This document shows positions 26,508-40,084 of a stretch of DNA of 64,000 bases, in pieces. The notes beneath the pieces are model-generated. The model saw only the letters and a program-made list of their open reading frames with translations, ran no database searches and was not told where the DNA came from. Both the position numbers and the translations under genes were made by a program. Numbering within the stretch: the stretch's first letter is position 1; the number at the start of each line of letters is the position of its first letter. The stretch is from contig NC_068990.1 of the NCBI RefSeq assembly GCF_001194135.2, positions 48,396,193 to 48,460,192 on the forward strand, given 5' to 3'. The DNA is from Octopus bimaculoides. Taxonomy: Eukaryota.

Positions 26508-29077
26508 AAGCAATATAGACACATACATATTGTGACTTTTATAGCAGTAAAATATAACATATTTTTTCCTTTGAAAACTACACAAGAAATATGTGTAAGA
26601 CTGATAATACAATTAATAAAAACTGAAAACAGTTGTTAAAACCATAAAACTCTTGGGAATATAACTTGATACCTTAGTCCTAATAACAATAATAATGATT
26701 TTTAGCATAAGCACAAAACCACAAACTAAGCAGGGAAACAATCAATACCTTAGTAATTAAATCATGCCTATTTTATTATTCCCTAGAATTATGAAAGATG
26801 ACATTGGCAGGATTTGAACACTGAAGGTAAAGGGAGATAAGTCAATATTATAAAGTATTTTCGCCATCCCTCACTCACTTCTGCCAATTCAGGTCTCTTG
26901 GTTACATCAGTCAACACAAGATTCTTAAGAGTTTAAAGGAAGAATGTAAGCATGTCTGCATTTAATACTAGTTACTTTTAACCCAGCCATGACCATCCTT
27001 TCTTTACTGTTCAGAGACAGTATATCTAGGACTACATTATCCACTATATACGGGGAGGGGGGAGGTTAAACAGAAGTGTGTAATTTGAGGAAGATTTGGC
27101 TGCTATTTTTAGCAGGATATTTGAGAAGAGAAATATGAGAAAATGACTGGGTTACGTGCTGAAGAAAACTGAAGATGACTAAGTGGGAGAAGAGATGGAA
27201 GTGAACATTTAATAAAGTAGAGAAAGGGCAAAATTGAGAATGGCACATCTAAAGATGGAAGAGGAAATGAGTGCAAGGAGGGAGGGTGTAGAGGATAGGG
27301 CAAAACAAAGAAGATTCCAATAGGATCCAGGAGGTTAACTCATGCTTTAGCAGGAAAAATGGCCTTGTTATTTCTAGCAAGTCAAGTGATTGTATAGAAC
27401 TATTTTCATTGGCTAGTGATAATCTATGGTAACATTTTCAGAATATCACTTCTTAACATTTCAAAATTAGTTTGAGCAGGGTGCAGATTCCTTCTTCCTT
27501 CTGTGTTTATTTTCACATAAAACACTGTATTTTACTATATTCCATAGATTATATAACTTATCTTCACTACTAACATCTTACTCTACAAATGCTTCTCAAC
27601 ATTTCAGTGTATCTACTCCACACTTACTTTCTATTCCCATTAATTAAAACACTTTTATTATAAGTAACAAATAAAAAAAAATGGGGCATACTTCATTATA
27701 AGCAAAATGCATGTATACATGTATATGCATGTGAAGTCTGCGTCACAAACAAATTAGAAAACTCTAATGAATATATTACTTGTTAGAAGCACATTTATAT
27801 AAGAGAGAGAGAGAGAGAGAGAGATAATAAAAGCAGTAACTTAGATACCTATAAAAATATATATGGTTATGAAACATAGTAAAAACATTGATTCTTGCAA
27901 ACCATGTAGAATTAAAAAGTAAAAGAGAAGATAAAATTCTAATGAAAGAGCCACTTATCAGTGGGGAAAAAAGAAAACAAATGCAAATTGCAAAAAGGAA
28001 AAAAATTCATTTGTCTTGTAATGAAAATAAATAAAAGAAACACTAATAGATTGTTAAGTAAACATTAACAAGATGAAGACAGTAGAGAAATTTCACCCTG
28101 AGGGAGAAACTAGTATGGAGAGTTGTAAAAAGGTATTAAATGGTTTATCAACAACATTTCATTGATTTTGGGTTGTTGCTTTTTTACTAACCTAATACAA
28201 CAACAGCATGTTTGGTTATGGTAGAAGCTGGATGAAAAAGTGTTTTTTTTTTTACTTTTCTTATTTTGAAAGAACTTCACATTAGGTTGAAGATCCATGA
28301 TTTATGTTGAAATTCCAACTTTATCAAAATATTTTGTAACGTTTACAAAGTTACACCAGAGAGAGACAGACAGACAGACAGATACAGCAAAAGAGAGTCA
28401 GAGTAAGAGTATGAAAGTGAGTGAGATAGTAAGAGTGCAAGAGTGAGAGAGTGAGCAATAGGAAAGTGAGAGAGAGTAAGTAAGAATGCAAAAATGAGTC
28501 AAATTTCAAGAGTAAGAGTGTGCAAACAAGTGAGAGTGTGAGATTGAGCAAGGTTTTAGCATGAGAAGTAAGAGTGTGAGAATGAGCTAATAAGAGTGAG
28601 GGAGTGAGTGCAGATATAGGAACAATTTCATAGGTAAAAGCTGTAATCAATCAGTTTTCTGTAAGTAATGAAAATTGAGATTATAATAGAAGAATCACAA
28701 GAGAGTATTACTTGATTCTCCATCATCATCATAGTCATCAACATTTTTACATCCACTTTTTCCAGCTGACATGGGTTTCAGGAAGAGCTATTAAGGTAGC
28801 ATTCTGTGGCTGGATGACCATTCTGTTACCAACACCTCAACTATTAACAAGCAAGGTAATATTTTTCCATGGCTAGATATGCTTCCACAGAACACTAGAA
28901 ACAAACACCACCATATGTATGGCAGTTGATGTCTGTTTACAACTGCTGCATGGTGTCCAGACAAAGAGACAAGAACACACACATGCATGCACACACACAT
29001 ACTTGTGTGTGTACTTTGCTTAGTATTGGACAAATAAGAAACAAGTACTTGCTACATGTTGTAAAGGATATGTAGAG

Positions 29078-29110
<33 letters not shown>

Positions 29111-31419
29111 CAGGCTTCTTTCAGCTTTCATCTACCAATCCACCAAATTATAATTATGTATGTGTGTGTGTGTGTGTGCATATGTGTGTGGTGAGCTTTT
29201 GTACAGTTTCCATCAGGCAAATTTCACTCATATGACATTGTCAGTTTGAGGCTATAATAAAAGATACTTCCTCAATGTCACATGCAACCTGAAACTATGT
29301 TGCTGCAAAGTGAACTTCTTAACCACACAGTCATGCCTGTACATATTGTGTTTCTACATTTAAAGAAAAGATGAATATTTTGAGGTTGGGACATATGATT
29401 TAAAAAAGAACATCTGAGAGAATGTAACAAAAAGAGTTAACTGCATTTCTTTCATCTAGAATCTTCTGAGAAAGAATACTATTTCAGGATAATCTCTAAA
29501 AGTTATTTACTACAGACACATTGTGTATATTTCTCTTGTTTGTGTACATAAATACTAATATATTTCTATAAATGTTCAAGTGAATCTATTCATATTCATA
29601 TTAATTAATACTTCATAAACAAATTTGCTTATATATAAAAGCTTTTATCCACTGATCATGTAGGCTTGAGTTTGACTAGGTTTCACTGATAAAGCTCATT
29701 AAGCCCCAAACCAGTTCATAAATGTCACTAATAACAATGTAAATTTTGTGAAATTACTTCTTAATATCATAGAATTATCAATGCTTTTCTTTGAGAATTG
29801 TTAGAAATTACCACTAGGTTTTTGTCTTTCCCCAACTAAAAGAGGAATTTCAATTACAGAATTTTTATCATATGCCATATGGTACATCACCCTTTGATTC
29901 ATCAAAATTTAGGCCATTGACCCACTTGAATTATTTCCCTTTGTTTCATATTAATAGCAGCATTTTCAATATCAAAATATGTGTGCTTTTAATGTTAAAA
30001 TATATGCATGCTTTTGTGTCCAAACGTGTATGTGCCTGCATGAATGAGTGCACATATCTATGCAACTGTGTATAAGTGTATGGGTCAGTGTGTTAATGCA
30101 TAGATAAATAGATATTATTTCCAAAATGGATGTTTACAAATGCTGACTATGGTATAAAATTAAAAACATATGTGTGCATTCATAGAAAAGTGCACATACA
30201 TAGTTGAATGCAAGCAATCATACATTATCAAATCCCTTGCTGTGTGGAGAAAAATATACAAGAGCACATAAGTTCAATCTCATTGTCTATTGATCATAAA
30301 GCAATTCTCATTCCCCAACAGGATATTCAGAAGGCTGTTTGGTCAACCAATTAACAATTTATTACTTCTCTACAGCTTAAGGCATCATAAATATTTCAAA
30401 ACAACATGGCTTCAAGCCTTTCACAAAAGAAATCGATTAATATATTTGCTTACAAGCATTTTGGTGCACTATTAAAATATGAGAAAATTATACACTGTTG
30501 GGTTTTGTGTTAAAACAGAGAAATCTGAAATATCCTATCATCATTATTACCATCACGATTATAATTTCTATGTCTATTTTCTTTTTCCATTACGATGATA
30601 ATATGATGACATGAATTAGTAGAAACCTAAGCTTTATGTAAATCGCTCATGGATGATATTATAAAACTGGGTGAGTGTAATGCATTTTAAATATTTCAAA
30701 TCTGAATTGCTCAAACCCAATGGTTTTAAACTAATAGGAGATAGAAATGGTTAAGGAGTAAATGAAAACTGAAAAGGATTACATTTTGCCACAAAAGATT
30801 GGTTGTGTGATTTATAGGATGTATAATTTATAAAGGGAAGACACCAGGTGACGTTAAAAGATACTTGAGTACATTATAAAACCTTAGATTAGGTATCTGA
30901 CAACAGAATCTCCCTGTTAACATGAGCTTAAGAAAGCCATGAGCACAATTTTTCTTTCTCAGACACATATAAAAAAAGTCTGTTATGGATGGCTTGTATA
31001 TATCTGAGTTTAATATGAATAGACAAATTATGAGCTAACTTCTCAGAAAGCTGAAATAAACAATTTGATGTAAAGATGTTGATTTGCAATGAGCTTAAAG
31101 GACATCCATAATATATTCAGTTGGAATAATACAAATTATGTAAGAATGCAGAGTGTCAGTCATTTTTGGTTTGATAATCAATAGCCTAGATAAAAAATAT
31201 GTAAATCTTACTGATAAGTAGCTTGATATGATTGGAAATAAGTTCTTATGGAAGAACTAACAAATGGAGATACATTGGATAATGGCACTGCTGTTAGATT
31301 GTACCAAAAGAAATGTGAATACTTATTATTATTATGATAAATATAATGATTAACTATTTCATAGTTGACAATGGTAGACACACATTTTCTTCTGGCTGCC
31401 ACTATTATTAGCTTATTGA

Positions 31420-31463
<44 letters not shown>

Positions 31464-31850
31464 CTCTCTCTCTCTCTCTCTCTCTNNNNNNNNNNNNNNN
31501 NNNNNNNNNNNNNNNNNNNNNNNNNNNNNNNNNNNNNNNNNNNNNNNNNNNNNNNNNNNNNNNNNNNNNNNNNNNNNNNNNNNNNNNNNNNNNNNNNNNN
31601 NNNNNNNNNNNNNNNNNNNNNNNNNNNNNNNNNNNNNNNNNNNNNNNNNNNNNNNNNNNNNNNNNNNNNNNNNNNNNNNNNNNNNNNNNNNNNNNNNNNN
31701 NNNNNNNNNNNNNNNNNNNNNNNNNNNNNNNNNNNNNNNNNNNNNNNNNNNNNNNNNNNNNNNNNNNNNNNNNNNNNNNNNNNNNNNNNNNNNNNNNNNN
31801 NNNNNNNNNNNNNNNNNNNNNNNNNNNNNNNNNNNNNNNNNNNNNNNNNN

Positions 31851-31906
<56 letters not shown>

Positions 31907-32479
31907 ATGTCATGCACATTCAAACATACAAACCAATTCACAATAATGCCAGATCCAGGTTGCAAGCAGTCTGAATTTTATTTTACCTATTTTTATTGTT
32001 ATTGCCACCAGTTTATTGTTACACAACATATGAGTGAAAAGTTATCAGCAAATAGCAGCAAAATATGAACGTTATAGCAAGTGAAGAAAACAGCTAAGAT
32101 TGTTCATGCCCCAGTTTTGACGTTTTGGTGGTGTTTGGTGAAGAAATGCCTGACTCAAGAAATAAGACAGTCTCAACTGAACACATTAAATAAATGACAC
32201 TAATCTTATGAAGACAAACAGAACAAAGGAAATCTGAATACATCAAAATTATATTTGACTGATGCTGGTTTTCCTGTTATTGTTGATGTTAGTAATGGTG
32301 GTGCTAATGTTGACATTACTGCTGTTGTTTTTGTTGGTATTAGTAACAGTATTGATAGTTGTATTGCTGGTAAGTTCTTGTTCTGTTCTGGTATTGTTTC
32401 TCATTGTCATTGTTGCTACTGGTAACAGTTGTGATGCCCTCTCAGAAACTCTGTTCTGCAATGTTTGAATAGGTGTACA

Positions 32480-32523
<44 letters not shown>

Positions 32524-32994
32524 NNNNNNNNNNNNNNNNNNNNNNNNNNNNNNNNNNNNNNNNNNNNNNNNNNNNNNNNNNNNNNNNNNNNNNNNNNNNN
32601 NNNNNNNNNNNNNNNNNNNNNNNNNNNNNNNNNNNNNNNNNNNNNNNNNNNNNNNNNNNNNNNNNNNNNNNNNNNNNNNNNNNNNNNNNNNNNNNNNNNN
32701 NNNNNNNNNNNNNNNNNNNNNNNNNNNNNNNNNNNNNNNNNNNNNNNNNNNNNNNNNNNNNNNNNNNNNNNNNNNNNNNNNNNNNNNNNNNNNNNNNNNN
32801 NNNNNNNNNNNNNNNNNNNNNNNNNNNNNNNNNNNNNNNNNNNNNNNNNNNNNNNNNNNNNNNNNNNNNNNNNNNNNNNNNNNNNNNNNNNNNNNNNNNN
32901 NNNNNNNNNNNNNNNNNNNNNNNNNNNNNNNNNNNNNNNNNNNNNNNNNNNNNNNNNNNNNNNNNNNNNNATATATATATATATATATATAGGT

Positions 32995-33272
32995 AGTAAT
33001 GACTTGTAGGTACATGATATTTTATCATGCAACCATAATATACTATAAAGTGCACTTTTTATATTACTTGTTGAGGTTATCTCTACAGATATTCTTTAGA
33101 AATTATAGCCAGCACTGATTTTTGTTACTACATTTCGTATACAAGATGTCAGATGTAAATAAACAATGAGACTGAAGATGAGAAAAGGGTACTGACTTAT
33201 AGAAACATTTAATATACTTTATAGTATATTATGGTTGCATAATGAAATTCCGCATACCTACAAGCCATTAGT
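32995..33272. repeat. Inverted repeat, 57-nt arms (32995-33051 / 33216-33272), ~165-nt spacer
   Basis: actttatagtatattatggttgcat ... tacctacaag is present on both strands. Confidence 0.85.
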
Positions 33273-33382
33273 ATTTGTGTACCCAGCTTCCAGGAATGCA
33301 TTTAATATGTAAATTGGTATATCCAATAACCAGAATCCACTGTATACAGTGGCTATTTAAGTAATGTGTTTGAGGATGATTA

Positions 33383-33451
33383 AAGGGTTAGATGGGTGCT
33401 GATGAAGGGGAAAAGCCCCCGAAATATGGTATATACACCCATTATTCTTTT
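33383..33451 (+). ncRNA. Type I hammerhead ribozyme motif with intact core
   Basis: Stem I atgggtg/cacccat; CUGAUGA 33399-33405; extra A; stem II gggg/cccc with loop aaaagc; GAAA 33421-24; stem III A-uau/aua-U with GGU loop; cleavage triplet AUA ending at 33435. Confidence 0.82.
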
Positions 33452-33480
33452 CTCTTCCTAACATACCTGTGGCTATTTCG

Positions 33481-33883
33481 TTAAAAGATTTAAGACTTTT
33501 GCAGGTGATCCCTATTTCAAAACCTAGAGTTTTTTTTTGAGAGAGGGTATGAGAGAGGGTAAGAGAGAGCAGGGAGAAAGAGATTTTGTTGCTAGTTTGA
33601 AGTCCCCCATAACTTATAATTGTTGCTGTTGTATGTTGTGAGTTGAATAGGAAAATATGTGATTTCATCATCATCATTTAATGTCCATTGAATGAGGATG
33701 ATGAAATCACATTTTCTTATGCAACTCACAACACGGTTATGCAACAACAATTATAACAGTTATGAAGGACTTCAAAATGGCAACCAAATCTCTCTCTCTT
33801 TCTCTCTGTCTCTCTCTTTCTCTCTCATAAAAACTCCAGGTTTTTAAAATAGGTATCACCTGCAAAAGTCTTAAACCTTTGAA
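33481..33883. repeat. ~400-bp imperfect palindrome with a 2-nt centre (33684-33685)
   Basis: tttaagacttttgcaggtgat ... gatttcatcatcatcatttaatg|tc|cattgaatgaggatgatgaaatc ... atcacctgcaaaagtcttaaa. Confidence 0.9.
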
Positions 33884-35513
33884 CAAATGATATAAAAATG
33901 AATCTTCCTAAATTTTCTTTTTTAATAGTGAGATTTTGCAAGTGTATGTGTGTGTGTGTTTATGTTCATCTGAGGTTCATGCTTTTTCATTTACATTTTT
34001 GCTTGTATTTTAAAATCAGTATAATTGTTCTCAATTTCTAGATTCTAAATGAGTTGACAATGTTGGTCTGAGTAGTTGATAATATTAGTGGATGTAATCC
34101 TTACTTCAGGCCTTGGGTGTATGCTTGTGTGTGTATGATTTTGTTAAATTTTTCAGGACTTTTGAGTTATGGCATTTTTCTTTTGTTTTTCTATTATCTT
34201 GAAAGAAGTGGCTGAAACTTGTGGTCTTGTATTTTGTTTTGTTCCCTTGTCTAAATTTGTGACTGCTTGTTGTGATGGTGTTAGTTTAATGCCTTTTCTG
34301 TAAAGACACTTGAACATACTTTCTGTATCGGCAATGTAGCCTATTTTCATTTTCTCTGATGGCATGTATAAATTTTGCTTAGTGAGTTACTTGAAATCAA
34401 ACAGTATTTGATTTCCAAAATTTTCCGAATTAACAAAATACAAGGATAAAATAACCACTACAAATAATATTCACTTACAGTCTAGTCTTCAGAAATATAG
34501 AAATAATGTAATAAAAAAATAAAAAAGAATTTATATTTCAGACAGTAGTAATATGAGAAAAAATGTCAGTGAGGCCTCATAAATATGCTACTGAAACTCA
34601 AAGAAATTCTATGAAAAATATATAGAGTTTAAATTTAATTTCTTTTATTTTATCACCCCATTGTGTGCTAACACACTGAAACAGGAAATACTCTAAAAAT
34701 ATTACATCAAATGAAAGAACTCTATGCTTTGATCTTAAAGTGCTAACTATAAAGGTCAAGGATTTGTGAGCCAGTCCAAATTTTGATCATAGAATAAAAC
34801 TTCTTTGTTGTCAAATGTTTCAACCAAAAACTATGAATAATTAATTGGAACAGATTTGTTTCTTCCTGGCAAATTTTTAACTTCAATTTTCCATGCTAAC
34901 AGAAATTGACTGATCCTGTAAATTAATGTTTTCACAAATTGCTATCCTTTATGCAGCAGTGATACCCATATTTTGGTTTGTCAGACTACTTTATGTTCAG
35001 AGGAATAGATTCAATTGGGGAAATGTAAGCTGTCGAACTGCAAGTGGATTTCTAGGCAGTTTAATGCTTCACCATTAAGATTCTCCCCCCCCTCTCTCCA
35101 TCACCACATTCTGGTAGTCTTTTTCTTCAAATAGCTGCAATCAAGCAACCAAGTTCTCAATTCTATGTCATGTGACTCTGTTAATAACACCAATGTAGTT
35201 AAGAGGTCTGTACTCTCTATTAGAGTGTAGAGGTTTCCAAAATATAACATATGACTTGGTGTTCAATACAAAAATGGTGGCCAGCAAAGCCTATCTTGCT
35301 TTGAGCACCAATAATAGAGATGGATGGAATGTGCCTATAAATCTCCTCTTTGGTTTTTAAATCTTCATGAAAAGCTTAGTGCATATATCAAGGCAATCTT
35401 GAAGCTACTTCACAATCCAGGAGAAAAATGCTCTTTACTACACTCTCCATTATAAAATACACTAGAGAAGTAATTACAAAATGTAAAAAATTCTGCAGAA
35501 CAAAATAACATAA

Positions 35514-35515
<2 letters not shown>

Positions 35516-35570
<55 letters not shown>

Positions 35571-35710
35571 GGAAGAGAGAGAGAGGAAGGAGAAGAGAAA
35601 GAGAGGGAGGGAGGAGAAGAGAGAGAGGAAGGAGAAGAGAGAGAGGAAGGAGAAGAGAAAGGGGGAGGGAGGGAGGAGAAAAGAGATAGGAAGGAGAAGA
35701 GAGAGAGGAA
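35516..35710. repeat. (GT)n followed by a purine-rich (gagagaggaaggagaa) tandem array
   Basis: Direct reading. Confidence 0.9.
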
Positions 35711-36392
35711 ATGTAGTTAGGACTCAAAAGAAATTACAACTCACAAATATTTCCGCTAACCCTCCCAAAACAGCCAAGTTTCTAGCCCAGTTATTATCAA
35801 TCTCTTAATACTTACATTACTTTTATGTAGAACAGAAAATTGCATGTCATCACTAAATAGAGGGATTTTGAAAACCCATTATTTTAATCTACTATACCAA
35901 TAATAATAATTTCTTGCATAAGCACAAGGTCAGAAACTTGAGGGAAGGGAATAGTTGATCATATCAATCCTGTCACTCAACTGGTACTTAATTTATCTAT
36001 CCCAGAAAAGTGAAATGTAAAGTCAATTTCTGCAGCATTTGAACTCAGAACATAAGGGACTGTCACTAAATACTGCAACACACATAAGCTATATCATCAC
36101 CTGACTAACATTCATGTTTGTAGAGCAACAATGTTGTATGGATATATTAAAAATATAATTAAAACCACTTTAGAGGTACATCGAATTCTTTGGACAAAAT
36201 ACAGATTTAAAACTAACATTTAATCCAACTATTTATCACTGATGTTAATTAATAAAGCTGGAGATATTTAGATGTGAATAAAAATTTCCAATGGAGATGA
36301 ATATCAATTGAAATGAAACATTTTCAAAAATTAACTTGGTTGTGAACTCAGTTGCACCAAGAACTTAGTGCAGCACTACAATCCCTTCAATG

Positions 36393-36424
<32 letters not shown>

Positions 36425-36957
36425 CTCAACATTAATCACTGTTGGATTTGTTGATTCAAATAATTTAATTAATTCAAAAGTGACAATCATGTGGTATAAT
36501 TAAATTCCCATACCATTATATTTATAAACTAAAATATTTGCCTTTTTTTTTTACCCCTTCATAAATATTTCAGAAATTATTAATAAAAGAATGAAATAAA
36601 ATAATCTTTACTCAGTAATTATTCATAGAATGAGAAATTAAAATTTTATATTTTTAAAAATTTCACCAATTTTCTTAATATTCTTTCTCCAATATTTGTA
36701 CTTTAAAAAATTATGCTAAGGACATCTTATTAAAAAAAAATCTTTACTCATACCAGCATGGAAAATGGATGTTAAATGATGATGATGATAAACTTGTCTG
36801 ATTTATTTGAATAGTAACAAAAACCAGAAAGACTTGCAGTTATAAAATCACAAATTTGGGATTGTGGTAGTCATAGTACCAATTCAAGAAAGTAAAATAT
36901 AACATTGATGGAGAGAAGTAAAAAACAGTAGATGACACAGACAGGCTGGAGAAGAAA

Positions 36958-37700
36958 ATGGCAGCCAGTGACAAGATTTAAGAACCACAATGGCAGCCAG
37001 TGACAAGATTTAAGAACCACTAGCAAGACACAAAAGCAGATGCATAAAATAAGAGGAAAGGCAAGTAGAGTAGCAACCACTAATAAGATACAAGGAGAGT
37101 GTCAACTAGGCAAAATACAAGGGCTGTGGCAACCACTGACAAGACAAAAGGGAAGTGGCCACCACAGTTAAGATTCAAGAGCAGTGGTAATCACTGAAGA
37201 AGAATGGCAAAGAAAGATACAAGATTTATAACATCCACTGACAAGTTGCAAGGGGAGTGGTAATGGCAGACAAGATGCAAATGTAGAACTAACCACTGAC
37301 AAGATGTAGGAGAAGTGGTAAACACTGACAAGAATCAAATGGAATGCCAAAAGAAGTGGCAATCACAAGTAAGATATGGAATTAACTACAAACATGTGGC
37401 AGGAAAATGGCACCAACAAACAGATGAAAAGGAGTGACAGTAACAAGCAGGTAAATGTTGACTGAAAACTACAGATAGATAACTGAAGCAGTAGCAGCAC
37501 ATGGTAGGTGCCTGAAACAATAGTAGGTAAATGAAACAGCAGCCACAGTAGTTAACTGAAACAATGGCAGCCACAGGTTGGCAGCTGGAATAGTAGGAGT
37601 CACATGTAGACAAGAGGAACAATGCAACTACAGCACAGGTAGCTAACTGAAACAGTAGCAGCCACAGGTTGGTGATTGAAACTGTAGCAGTCATAAGCAG
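36958..37700. repeat. Decayed ~28-32-bp minisatellite arrays
   Basis: Near-exact 32-mer duplicate atggcagccagtgacaagatttaagaaccac(a/t); core ccactgacaagat recurs ~10 times; second core taactgaaaca..gcagccacag in 37480-37700. Confidence 0.7.
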
Positions 37701-40084
37701 GTTCTAGTAAAGGAAAACTATAGACAGAAGTCAGGATGGGATATCATAATTATAGTTAGAAGCCAGAGTACCAGAATGAAGTGACCGTAGATGGAATAGT
37801 AATGATTATTTGAGAGAATATAATTTTTACAAAGCATACTGACAATGAATTTTACAGAAAATCAGAGCTGAAATAATAAAGCCTAATTTTTCTAAATACT
37901 GATTATGGAATTAAAAATTTGATGGATTACCTATCATATCTGTTATGTTGTAGTTTATAGTGCAAGGTGATAGAATATAGCAAATTTGGAATCAAATGTG
38001 AAGTATGACAATCACAAAGAGGAATTGGAAAATTAAGTATGACAGCTAAAAACAGTAAGTTGAAAGTATGATAGTCAGAAAGGTGGTGTTGACTGAGCAG
38101 TGCAAACATGACAGAGAGGTGCTATGATATGATGTGTGAGAGTCACAGAGAGAAGCTGGGAAGGGAACTGTGAAAGCTACAAAAATGAGATGGGAAGGGA
38201 AGAGTCACAGAAAAGAGTCATAAAGTGATATGTGATAGTCACAGAGAGAAGTTGAGTAACAAAGTATGAGAGCAAAGAAAAAAGATGAGAAGTGAAGTAT
38301 GAAAGTGACAAACTGACGAAATAAAGTGTGACAGTAGCAGAAAGAATCAAAATATGTTATGTAGGAGCGTATTAAACTATGATTATCCTTTCATAAATAA
38401 ATCAATGCAGAACATAAAATAAGAGGTTGAGGAAGCAATTTAAATTTTCTTGTAATCCTTTTAAAATCTGTGGAAGATTTTAATCATTTTCTCTTCAATA
38501 TTATAAAAATGTTGACAATTTAATACATAAAGAACTTGAAGAAACTTATAGAAACATGTCAAGCTATAAATAATAAGTGGAATAGATGAAAGGAACAGTA
38601 AAATGAAGTGACAGCTATATCTGTCTACATTTTTTAGAAATTTTATTCTTAAAATATAAGTGCTGACAGCAATTATTTCAATACAATGATAAAACAATTA
38701 AAAATAAGAATGATGCAGAAATATTTATGAATATCTAATTGAATAACATGAATAACATAATTTTTCAGGTAACATACAAAGCCAATCCCACATCTCAATA
38801 CTCAATCTGTTTTTATGTTATGCATTAGCCCCAGAGTAGCCCTGATAAAGTAGATTGACTAATTTGGTAAAAAAAATTGTAAAATAAACTATAGGCCATA
38901 ACACAAGAACCTATGATAGTGAGTTTATTTCAATCAATAAAACTGAAAATATTGAAAAAGAATCAACTTATCTACAACATTATTCTGCTGTGGTTCATAT
39001 ATGTAATGCTTAAACTATGGAAGGAAATCAAAGACAATCTTTTATACACACAACATTTATACTCTTCAAAAGACAACTGGCCAATAAACTTTGGTGCATC
39101 ATTTATATTTTTCTTTGTACAATCAACTGATAAATAAATATTTAAAATTAAGTATGATATGTATGCTAGTGATTTTTCTTTATATATTTTTAGAATTCAT
39201 GGCTTAATGGAGCAAGTACTAAACTTTATTCATTGGACTGATAGCAACTTTCTCTGATATCAAAATTTGGATGTAGTACTTAAGAGCCAGCCATCATCTG
39301 TGAATGAGCATGGTTTGGTAATTATTTTAGGTTCCTATGTAATTGCATTGTTGACAATGACAGGCAAACTAATATAATATAATATATAATTGCAAGTAAA
39401 CATAGACACTTTTTAACTCACCACCCTTTGACCCACGGGCACATCCAGAATATGACAGCTGGAGAAGGGAGAGGGCTGCACTCAGCTGGCACTCATTTTC
39501 AACTGAATATACTCAAGCATATTGAAATGAACAGTCTTGTCCAAGAACTGAACTCCTTAAACACTAAACCTTTACAGAATTTAAAACAGCATATTAAGAT
39601 TTGTTGAAGCTTTACCAATGTAGCCATACAATATCAGAATAATATTATAGATAAGGTTTTTAATCTCATTTCATAGTTAAAATTGTTTACTTCTTGGAAT
39701 AAAATAAAAATAATAGATGCCAGCTCTCAAGGTAGAAGAGGTGAAAAGTGTTTAACAAAGAATAAGGATGTTATTCAAAAATATTATATCCTAAGACCAC
39801 ACCTTCAATACTACCTAAGAGGACTTTACACCATCTCAAAAATCAAAATGCTTCAAAACTAATAAAATTTTAAAAGAAATTCATGGTTCTCTATACATTT
39901 CCAACAATTTCATAACTTTCAAAATAACTGTGGAATTTCAAAGATACTGCTAGATTATAATGATTATGAGTGAAATAAATTTCTTTGAACTTTGAAATTT
40001 TAATTGTTGTTGCTTTGTTGACATATTTGCTGACTTTTTAAAATGAATCATTATTTTGTGGATGGGGGAGAGTAAGTAGAGTAA

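Noticed and set aside
32249-32464. Asn/Thr-rich minus-strand frame after acceptor cattgcag
   Set aside because: Low-complexity decayed trinucleotide sequence with no convincing donor
31208-33055. Long ORFs spanning N-gaps and dinucleotide repeats (also 18279-18806, 49251-50372, 41455-41724, 47039-47411)
   Set aside because: Artefacts of Ns and of microsatellites lacking stop codons
34153-34365. 70-aa minus ORF MPSEKMKIGYIAD...
   Set aside because: No recognisable motif or splice support; within chance length
36958-37400. CRISPR-like repeat/spacer appearance
   Set aside because: Eukaryotic context, degenerate cores, mutually related linkers and no cas genes; it is a minisatellite
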